Origin: Spirochaetes bacterium GWB1_36_13
GTDB taxonomy: Bacteria; Spirochaetota; GWB1-36-13
Assembly (NCBI GenBank): GCA_001829155.1
Contig: MIAO01000011.1
Span: 2,723-66,722, forward strand
Direction: 5' to 3'
DNA: 64,000 bases
Positions within the stretch are counted from its first letter, which is position 1; every line of letters begins with the position of its first letter. The translations under genes and the position numbers were made by a program. Shown here in pieces: positions 56,351-64,000 of this stretch. The notes beneath the pieces are model-generated. The model was not told where the DNA came from. It saw nothing but the letters and a program-made list of their open reading frames with translations, and did no database searches.

Positions 56351-57373
56351 ATGAAAAGATTAGTTTTAGCGGTCTTGATTATGGGAGCGCTTGTATTTAA
56401 TGGATGTGCAAAAAGCGGGGAGCCGGATTCAACTGTATCAGCAGACGACAGCAAGGGAGTATGTTATGATCCCGGAGTCAATGCATTTGGATCAAACTTC
56501 CAAAGCTATTTGAACAGCACAGGGAACTCAGACTTGACAGGATTTGGCGGATCTACTTCTAAAACAGGTGATTGTGCCATTGTTAAACAACCCGTTGTCT
56601 TTATTCATGGAAACGGAGACAATGCATCCGGATCAGCAATGCCGATGGGCGGATGGGTCACTTCCAGAAATTATTTTAAAACCAAAGGTTATAAACCATC
56701 AGAGCTTTATGCTGTAAATTATGGAAAACCAGGAGCTATGAATGCGTCTTTAAACTATCACGAAGCTTCTAATATCAGCAAAATTTATCGGTTTATTGTA
56801 GCCGTTAAAAACTATTCCGGTATGGCAAAAGTAGATGTGATTGCTCACTCACTTGGGGTTACATCAGTCAGAGCAGCAGTCAAAGGCGGAACTTATAAAG
56901 AATATACAGGAACTTCAGTCTATCTTGGAGCTTCTATCAATGGAATTATTGATACTTTCGTAGGAATCTCCGGAGCAAACAGAGGGTTGAACTCTTGCGG
57001 ATCATGGCCTTTAAATATGTGGACACCAACCTGCGGACCTACAGGACTTTCTATCAATAACCCATTTTTAGTAGCAATCAACGGCGGAAAAGCTTCTATG
57101 TCCTATTCTTACTGGACATGGTCTTATGTGCCAAATACTCTTTCTATGAAAGTGGGAAGCTATACTTACAGCATTATGTCTTATGCGGATGAGCTGGGAT
57201 GTATGCCTGTAATGCCTACTTACTGTTATGTCTATGCCAGACATACTTCTTATCTTGACGGACAAAATGGAGGAAAAGTTTACTACTCTTATCCATACGG
57301 TCACATGGGAAATAAAGAGCAGACACCAGCAGTCCAATACAACATGGTTGTAAGTCACAATACCAACGGCTAG
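56351..57373 (+). CDS. Lipase_2-family lipoprotein, PhaZ7-like (paralog 3)
   Basis: Start MKRLV after GGAGG; lipobox VFNGC; same catalytic motifs; longest aromatic loop. Confidence 0.85.
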   Translation: MKRLVLAVLIMGALVFNGCAKSGEPDSTVSADDSKGVCYDPGVNAFGSNFQSYLNSTGNSDLTGFGGSTSKTGDCAIVKQPVVFIHGNGDNASGSAMPMGGWVTSRNYFKTKGYKPSELYAVNYGKPGAMNASLNYHEASNISKIYRFIVAVKNYSGMAKVDVIAHSLGVTSVRAAVKGGTYKEYTGTSVYLGASINGIIDTFVGISGANRGLNSCGSWPLNMWTPTCGPTGLSINNPFLVAINGGKASMSYSYWTWSYVPNTLSMKVGSYTYSIMSYADELGCMPVMPTYCYVYARHTSYLDGQNGGKVYYSYPYGHMGNKEQTPAVQYNMVVSHNTNG

Positions 57374-57447
57374 CAATTTCTTCTTTTTACCTCTCTGTTG
57401 TCAAAGGCAGAGAGGTTTTACAAAAGCAGCTCATCATCTTTAACCAT

Positions 57448-57483
57448 AAAGCCCTTTTCAGGTTAACTGAAAAGGGCTTTTTT
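57448..57483. terminator. Rho-independent terminator
   Basis: AAAGCCCTTTTCAG-GTTAA-CTGAAAAGGGCTTTTTT; a second hairpin lies at 57389-57416. Confidence 0.75.
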
Positions 57484-57555
57484 AAATTTTATCAGTTGTG
57501 ATATATTTTATTTATAAATATTAACTTAAGGGAAGTTCTAAAAGATGACGGAAAA

Positions 57556-58821
57556 ATGCAAAATAAGAATTTAAGACTGACTGTTTCCAACTCCAAAAAA
57601 GCGCCGAAAGAATTGCATGAGTTATACCCTCAAATTTTCGCTCAAGTTGAGGAAAAGTACCATATTCATTATCTCATTCTCTTCTGCGAGATTCTGAGGG
57701 TTATAGACGATAATACTGCCCGCTTTTCTTCGTCTTCCTATTCTGATTCGGACATGTTCGGCGGAAGGTCTCAATACTGGAATATCACAACAAACCATAT
57801 CAGGCTGGAAAGGGCTATTGACAAGGAAATCAATGACAGCTGGCAGTCCGTTACCGTCAATCAGGACAGCCTGAATATATCAGGAATGCCCGAAGGCGTT
57901 TTTCTCGACTGGGACGGAACTTTTCGTTCTGAACTAACTCTGACAGTGGGAAATATGAGCGGGAGAAAGATTGAAGAAATCCTCGCCGCTGCCAAAAAAC
58001 TCTTTCAAACCGTAACTTTTGAAGCCTTGCCCATCCATCCTCATGACAAGCTCCGGGCTGATTTGAAGCGCCAGTATCTTTTGAGTGATACCAGCTCGAA
58101 ATCAGAAGGATATAATACTATTGACAATTACGGGGAGCTCCTGTGTGACGAAAGCGAAGAAACTGCAAAAGGCGCGGTAGATCAGCTTAAACCCTTTTTT
58201 AAAGAAGACAAGGAAACAAAAAAAATTAAATCCTATTTGAAAACTGCCCTGAAAGAAGCGGATAAATATGTGAAGCGCTATCTGATTGAGGCGATAGGCT
58301 TTTCTTTCAATAAACAGTATTCCGATATTATCCTGCTTGCTATGGACGATCCGGTCACCTGGGTGAGAGAAGAAGCCAGTAAATGGGCCAAGTATTTCTA
58401 CCAGGAGGGGACAGTTGCCCTGCTTATCAAAAACACAAAATCCATAGATCAAAATCTCCGCTGGGCTGCGGTGGCAAGCTTGGGAGAAATCATCCGCAAT
58501 AATAAAAAACTTCCGGGAAATGAAAAAAAAGCAATTGAGGAAGCATTGGTCAGGATGGCTTTAAAAGATGATTTCCGTTATTCGAAAGAAGTGGCTCTTT
58601 CCATTCTTTCAGACCAGAAAGACAACCGCTTTTTTAAACTCTTTGTCGATTCATTAAAACATTCTGATTCTTATATCCGGGGAACAGCAGTAGCAGGACT
58701 GGATAAACTCGGAAACACTGAAGCTCTTTTATATCTGGAAGTCCAGCTTGAAAATGAATCAGACACCGGGATTCAAACACGCATCAAAAAAGCAATTGGA
58801 AAACTGAAAAAACAGGGATAG
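57556..58821 (+). CDS. HEAT-repeat domain protein
   Basis: C-terminal HEAT/PBS-like repeats (DDPVTWVREEA, LRWAAVASLGEI, YIRGTAVAGLDKLG). Confidence 0.8.
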   Translation: MQNKNLRLTVSNSKKAPKELHELYPQIFAQVEEKYHIHYLILFCEILRVIDDNTARFSSSSYSDSDMFGGRSQYWNITTNHIRLERAIDKEINDSWQSVTVNQDSLNISGMPEGVFLDWDGTFRSELTLTVGNMSGRKIEEILAAAKKLFQTVTFEALPIHPHDKLRADLKRQYLLSDTSSKSEGYNTIDNYGELLCDESEETAKGAVDQLKPFFKEDKETKKIKSYLKTALKEADKYVKRYLIEAIGFSFNKQYSDIILLAMDDPVTWVREEASKWAKYFYQEGTVALLIKNTKSIDQNLRWAAVASLGEIIRNNKKLPGNEKKAIEEALVRMALKDDFRYSKEVALSILSDQKDNRFFKLFVDSLKHSDSYIRGTAVAGLDKLGNTEALLYLEVQLENESDTGIQTRIKKAIGKLKKQG

Positions 58822-59167
58822 CTTAAAGAATTGGTTATTTTTTAATGAAGAAATTTCCAATCTGGGCTTATTCCCTCAAGATTATCATCAATAATCAAAC
58901 ATTAGAGAAGTTCTGAAAAGTGTCATTTTGATGAGCAAAGCGAAGAGACATCTTTATTAAGGGGAGTTTTAAATATACGATGACAAAGAGAATAAAAAAA
59001 CGGTTAATTTTTTGCAAATTAAAATCATTTCAGTATAATTTTTATTCTTGATTTATGACATAAAAAAGACAAAAAATATTTTAGATTATCTTTTGAACAT
59101 CAGGGATTTTTATGTATTATTAAATGCACTGAATTTAGTTATCAAGATCATATTTAAGGAGACAGCG

Positions 59168-59983
59168 ATGAAAATTAAACCCATTAAAAAGTTAAAACTT
59201 TATGGGTTCAACAACCTTACGAAATCTCTCAGTTTCAACCTGTACGACATCTGCTACGCCAAAGAGGCCGAAAACAGAAAGGCTTATATCGAATATATCG
59301 ATGAAGAATACAACGCTGAAAGACTGACCAATATTTTGACAGAAGTAGCCAATATTATTGACGCGAAAATCTTAAACATAGCAAGCCAAGACTATGACCC
59401 TCAGGGAGCCAGCGTTACAATTCTCATCTCAGAGGAGCCGGTAGAAAATATTCACAAGCAGAAAGACTGCGAAAACGATACTCCTGGACCCCTGCCTGAA
59501 ACAGTTCTTGCCCATCTGGATAAAAGCCACATTACGGTTCACACTTATCCTGAGAGCCATCCTCATAAAGGAATCAGCACTTTTCGGGCAGACATTGATG
59601 TATCCACCTGCGGAAAAATTTCTCCTTTAAAAGCTCTCAACTATCTTTTCCACCAGTTCAAACCTGATATTGCGAATGTAGATTACAGGGTCAGGGGATT
59701 TACTAGGGATATTAAAGGGAAAAAATTCTATATTGACCATAAAATCAATTCAATCCAAAACTATATTCCCGAAGAAACAGCTAAAAAATATCAGATGATT
59801 GATGTCAATATGTATCAGGAAAATATTTTTCATACCAAGATGCTTCTGAAAGAATTTGATTTAAATAACTATCTTTTCGGGAGAGCCGTGGTCGATCTGG
59901 AAGATAAGGACAAAAAGAAAATCAAGGAAAAGCTGAAAAAAGAAATGCTGGAGATTTTTTACGGTAGAAATATATCAAAATAA
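59168..59983 (+). CDS. speD: S-adenosylmethionine decarboxylase proenzyme
   Basis: [44 protein letters not shown]; start after an AAGGAG RBS. Confidence 0.95.
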   Translation: MKIKPIKKLKLYGFNNLTKSLSFNLYDICYAKEAENRKAYIEYIDEEYNAERLTNILTEVANIIDAKILNIASQDYDPQGASVTILISEEPVENIHKQKDCENDTPGPLPETVLAHLDKSHITVHTYPESHPHKGISTFRADIDVSTCGKISPLKALNYLFHQFKPDIANVDYRVRGFTRDIKGKKFYIDHKINSIQNYIPEETAKKYQMIDVNMYQENIFHTKMLLKEFDLNNYLFGRAVVDLEDKDKKKIKEKLKKEMLEIFYGRNISK

Positions 59984-59991
59984 GGGTTTTT

Positions 59992-60861
59992 ATGACGAAA
60001 ATACAGCGCGAAGGCAATTTTGGAAGCAATTTTGAGAGATATCTGGTCAGCTTCTTATCTTTTATTTCCGGGTTAATTCTTGTTTATCTGGTCGTGAAAG
60101 GACCGCTTTTTTTAAATCACCTTCAGTATAAAACTTCTCTTTCAGGGATTTTCCAGATTAAAGGTCAGGATTTCACCAATTTATTTCTATTAACTCCCTT
60201 TTTAATCTTTGGCTCTGTCTCTCTTTTTCTCAGGAAAGAAATTTCAAAATATGTTATTATTCTGACTCCTCTTTACCTCATTTATTTCGTTTTAAGCTAC
60301 ACTATCGGGTTGGAATGGAGCTCTTCTGTCTATACAGGCAACAGTGAAACCTATTCTTTTTATTTCCTTTTTATCATGATCAGCGCTCTGATTACACTGC
60401 TTTACGGACTCAATATTTTCCCGCGGGATTTCCAAAACACGCTCAAGAAAAAACGGCTGATTATCTATTCACTGGTCTTTGTTTTTTTTATTCTTGTTTT
60501 TTCATCGATGTGGATCAAAGAGATTTTGAGTGTCGTTCAGACTGGAACCACGCCTGGTTATCAGGATGCGCCGGCAGCTTTCTGGACAATCCGGTTTTTT
60601 GACCTTGGATTTACGGTTCCTGTGGGCTTGATCAGTGTCTATCTTTTATGGACCCGTCCCAATCAGACCTATTGCATCCAGTTTTTGTTTTACGGTTTTT
60701 TTGTCACCATGATTACTGCGGTCAATATAATGGGAATAATGATGTATTTAAATCATGATCCTTTATTTACTATGGGCGGCATGCTCGTTTTTATGATTCT
60801 CGCGGTGATTGTTTTTTCAGGATTTATCTTTGTTGTAAAAAATTTTAAAAAATCAATATAA
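59992..60861 (+). CDS. Hypothetical polytopic membrane protein
   Basis: About 8 hydrophobic segments; GQD and FDLG motifs. Confidence 0.75.
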   Translation: MTKIQREGNFGSNFERYLVSFLSFISGLILVYLVVKGPLFLNHLQYKTSLSGIFQIKGQDFTNLFLLTPFLIFGSVSLFLRKEISKYVIILTPLYLIYFVLSYTIGLEWSSSVYTGNSETYSFYFLFIMISALITLLYGLNIFPRDFQNTLKKKRLIIYSLVFVFFILVFSSMWIKEILSVVQTGTTPGYQDAPAAFWTIRFFDLGFTVPVGLISVYLLWTRPNQTYCIQFLFYGFFVTMITAVNIMGIMMYLNHDPLFTMGGMLVFMILAVIVFSGFIFVVKNFKKSI

Positions 60862-60921
60862 ATCAATAAATTTATGAGATAAGCCTTAAATATTCACACA
60901 AGTGATAAAAAACGGGGTGGT

Positions 60922-63465
60922 ATGAAAATATTTTTTGATATTGTCTATAATCTTGGAATATTGGCTGCGATCAGCATGGTATCGGGGCTTTTAAACCAGC
61001 ATATTAAAAAAGAAAAGCAGCGTCAGATTTTTCAGGGGCTTATTTTTGGAATCGCCGCTGTGATTGGAATGCTGAATCCGGTTGTTTTAGGACCGGGGCT
61101 TATTTTTGACGGACGATCGGTGATGCTTTCTCTTGCCGCTTTGTTTTACGGTCCCTTTGCAGGAATCACGGCAAGCGTTCCGGCAGCCGTTCTTAGGATC
61201 ATTCAAGGCGGATCCGGTGCGATAACCGGCGTTTTGGTGATCTGCTGCTCTCTCGGACTAGGCATCTTTTTTCATTTCTTCTGGAAAAAAAAAGGAAAAC
61301 TGCTTTCTTTTATCAAGCTTTATGCTTTTGGCATTTTTGTGCATATTGCAATGCTTGCCTGCATGTTTACCCTGCCTGCCGATCTTGTCGTCAAAACATT
61401 TAACACTATTGCTTTACCCGTTATCATCAGCTATCCCCTTGCATCTCTTTTGATCGGAAAAATCCTTTTGTATATGCAGGAACAGCTTCAAAACAGCATC
61501 GCACTCAAGAAAAGAGAAGAACAGCTTCGCACCATCAGCAATAATATTCAGGACGGAATGATTTATCAGATTGTTATTGATAAAAACGGGAAAAGGATTT
61601 TTACCTATTTAAGCGACGGGGTAGTGAAACTTTACGGGCATACAGCCGATGAAATCATGAAAGATTCAAATCTGATTTATAATTTAATTTATGAAGAGGA
61701 CAAAGAAAAACTTCTTTTGGAAGAAGAAAAAGCATTTCAATTGTTATCTGTTTTTAAGACTCAAGTCAGGATAAAAGACCCTTCCGGAATAATACGATGG
61801 TCATCACTTATTTCTACACCGCGGATTCTTGAAGACGGAAATGTCTGTTGGGACGGGATCGAAGTAGTGATTACCCATCAAAAGCTGCTCGAGGACGAAT
61901 TGCTTCAAGCTAAAAAAAACGCTGAGAAGGCCAATCAGGCAAAATCTCAGTTTCTGGCAAATATGAGCCACGAAATCAGAACCCCGATGAACGGAATTAT
62001 CGGAATGTGCGATCTCTTGTCTTTGAGCTCTCTTAATCAGGAACAGAAAAGCTTTTTAGACAATATTGTCCTGTCGGCTGAAAATCTCTTATCTATTATT
62101 AACGATATTTTGGATATTTCCAAGATTGAATCGGGAAAATTTGAAGTTATCAACAGAGATTTTGAATTCAGTAAAGTGATTGAAAATATTGCTTCTGTCT
62201 TGTCTTACAATGCCCATAAAAAAAATATTGAACTGATTTTTTATATTGCTTCGGATATTCCTGATTTTATGATCGGCGATGAGGGGAAATTGAGGCAGAT
62301 TTTGATTAATCTGATCGGCAATGCTGTTAAATTTACAGAAAGCGGTTATATTTTGGTGGAAATGAAAAAAATCCATGAAGCCAAAGAAAGAATTGAAATT
62401 GAATTTTCTGTGGAAGATTCAGGAATCGGAATTTCTTCAGAACTTGAAAACAAACTTTTTCACCCTTTTGTTCAAGGCGATCTTTCCTATGCTAAAAAAT
62501 ATCAAGGAACCGGACTGGGGCTTGCTATCACGAAAAACTTTGTTGAAATTATGGGAGGAAATATCGGTTTTGAAAAAAGGCGGTCAAAAGGCTCTAAGTT
62601 TTATTTCCAGATTCCTTTCATGAAATCTCATTACCTTCCTTCTCTTGTCCAAAACCCCCTCAAGAGTCTAAGCGGTGTCTCTATTCTTTTTGTGGATGAC
62701 AATGAGTTAAATCGAGTCATCACTCAAAAAATGCTTTCAGAAGAGGGAATAACCGTTTTCCTTGCTGAAAGCGGTCAAAAAGCAATTGAATTTTTGACGG
62801 ATCATAAAAAAATCGACCTGATTATTCTCGATGTGCATATGCTGGAAATGGACGGATTTGAAACAGCTCTTGAAATTCGAAAAATTTTTGGGGATAAAAT
62901 CACTATCCTTATGTTTACCTCAGTGGATATCAACGAAAATCTTCAAAAATTAAGAGACTTGAATATTTCTTTTTATTTGGTTAAACCTCTTGTCAGAAGA
63001 GATTTGATTTCTAAAATAAAACTTTCTCTCAATCAAGTCCGGTTAGAGGAAAAATCAGATGAGGCTTTTTTTGAAACAAACGAAAAACAGCATCTCAAAA
63101 TCCTGATCGCAGAAGATAATCCAATCAGTATGTCCGTAGCTGAAAAAATGATCCGTAAAGCCGGCGCTTATCAAATTTTAAAAGCAAATAACGGTCTTGA
63201 GGCAGTACAACTATTTAAAAAAGAGCTTCCCAAGATTGTATTTATGGATATTCAAATGCCGACCATTGACGGGATAGAGGCTTTTAAAATGATACAAGCC
63301 TATTCAAATGAAAAAGGAATCCCTTTACCGAAAATAGTGGCGATGACAGCCTATGCCCAGCCTCAAGAGAAAATCAATTTTATTCAAGCGGGAATGGATG
63401 AGGTTATTACCAAGCCTTTTAGAATGGAAAGTATTCATACGATTTTAAAAAATACGATTTTCTAA
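60922..63465 (+). CDS. Hybrid sensor histidine kinase (5TMR-LYT, PAS, HisKA, HATPase, two receivers)
   Basis: GLIFDGRSV, FLANMSHEIRTPMNG, NAVKFT, GTGLGL, ILDVHM and FMDIQMP receivers. Confidence 0.93.
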   Translation: MKIFFDIVYNLGILAAISMVSGLLNQHIKKEKQRQIFQGLIFGIAAVIGMLNPVVLGPGLIFDGRSVMLSLAALFYGPFAGITASVPAAVLRIIQGGSGAITGVLVICCSLGLGIFFHFFWKKKGKLLSFIKLYAFGIFVHIAMLACMFTLPADLVVKTFNTIALPVIISYPLASLLIGKILLYMQEQLQNSIALKKREEQLRTISNNIQDGMIYQIVIDKNGKRIFTYLSDGVVKLYGHTADEIMKDSNLIYNLIYEEDKEKLLLEEEKAFQLLSVFKTQVRIKDPSGIIRWSSLISTPRILEDGNVCWDGIEVVITHQKLLEDELLQAKKNAEKANQAKSQFLANMSHEIRTPMNGIIGMCDLLSLSSLNQEQKSFLDNIVLSAENLLSIINDILDISKIESGKFEVINRDFEFSKVIENIASVLSYNAHKKNIELIFYIASDIPDFMIGDEGKLRQILINLIGNAVKFTESGYILVEMKKIHEAKERIEIEFSVEDSGIGISSELENKLFHPFVQGDLSYAKKYQGTGLGLAITKNFVEIMGGNIGFEKRRSKGSKFYFQIPFMKSHYLPSLVQNPLKSLSGVSILFVDDNELNRVITQKMLSEEGITVFLAESGQKAIEFLTDHKKIDLIILDVHMLEMDGFETALEIRKIFGDKITILMFTSVDINENLQKLRDLNISFYLVKPLVRRDLISKIKLSLNQVRLEEKSDEAFFETNEKQHLKILIAEDNPISMSVAEKMIRKAGAYQILKANNGLEAVQLFKKELPKIVFMDIQMPTIDGIEAFKMIQAYSNEKGIPLPKIVAMTAYAQPQEKINFIQAGMDEVITKPFRMESIHTILKNTIF

Positions 63466-63590
63466 TAAAAGAACCTGAAAAATAGTTTAATAAGCGTTTA
63501 TTTTTTATACTTTTCTTTTTTTTCTTGAAAAAACCTTCTTTTTTCGTTATATTTATTCTTTATATTACTATATGGGCATGAAGTTATATT

Positions 63591-64000
63591 ATGGACTGGA
63601 CTGAGTTTTTTAAGATTTTAAGTGATTCTACGCGGCTTCGGATTCTCAATTTACTCAATGATTATGAATTGAATGTCAATGAAATATTGGAAATTCTTTC
63701 TATGCAGCAGTCCCGGGTTTCGAAGCATTTAAAGCTTTTGAAAGACCATGATCTGGTGATTGAAAGAAAAGAGGGAACCTGGCGGTTTTATACTTTAAAT
63801 CAGAAAAAAATACCGGATACAGCGATCGCCATGCTTACTCTTATCTGGGAGAAAGAAGCGTATCAGCAAGAAAGAAGCCAAATCCCTTTTATTCTTGAAA
63901 AAAGAAAACTGTTTGCAGAGGATTTTTTTATTTCCAGCAGCCTGTCCAAGCAGGGGCTGGGAAGCTTTTATTCAGTAGAAGACTTGATGCTTGGTTTTTC
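63591..64000 (+). CDS. ArsR-family transcriptional regulator (3' end outside window)
   Basis: Manual translation MDWTEFFKILSDSTRLRILNLL...QQSRVSKHLKLLKDHDLV...EGTWRFY; the frame stays open to the window end. Confidence 0.88.
   Translation, partial: MDWTEFFKILSDSTRLRILNLLNDYELNVNEILEILSMQQSRVSKHLKLLKDHDLVIERKEGTWRFYTLNQKKIPDTAIAMLTLIWEKEAYQQERSQIPFILEKRKLFAEDFFISSSLSKQGLGSFYSVEDLMLGF

Noticed and set aside
53630..57373. Diversity-generating retroelement explanation for the variable paralogs
   Set aside because: There is no reverse transcriptase or non-coding template repeat, and the differences are blockwise and include indels rather than being adenine-specific.

Overview
Bacterial chromosomal window, AT-rich, using the standard genetic code. 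The gene content (many lipoproteins, scattered flagellar genes, GAF-SpoIIE, FecR lipoprotein) loosely suggests a free-living spirochaete-like organism, which is inference only. The housekeeping backbone is efp-accB-like-accC, fliR, gltBD, comM, flgG-flgA, dapB, recA, paaK, guaA and speD, plus several signalling proteins. The most interesting signals are these. (1) A candidate surface-anchored PHB (polyester) scavenging regulon: a modular lipoprotein PHB depolymerase at 8.1 kb and three tandem, mosaic PhaZ7-like lipoprotein hydrolases at 53.6-57.4 kb all carry a TAAACT-NN-AGT(A/T)TA-type box 92-99 bp upstream of their start codons. (2) An AT-rich two-gene integron-type cassette (attI-like site plus attC, no integrase in the window), possibly anti-phage, abutting a truncated vapC. 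(3) A translationally coupled operon of a PLD lipoprotein, a pseudo-PLD/lamin-tail lipoprotein and an outer-membrane barrel. (4) A retron-less Septu-like PtuAB pair bracketed by ~97-bp direct repeats. (5) A BCCP-like protein lacking the biotin lysine and a KAS III lacking the His/Asn catalytic residues. Three decayed TA loci and several REP/MITE-like repeats are also present. No rRNA, tRNA or CRISPR array was recognised. All family assignments come from motif recognition by eye, not from database searches.
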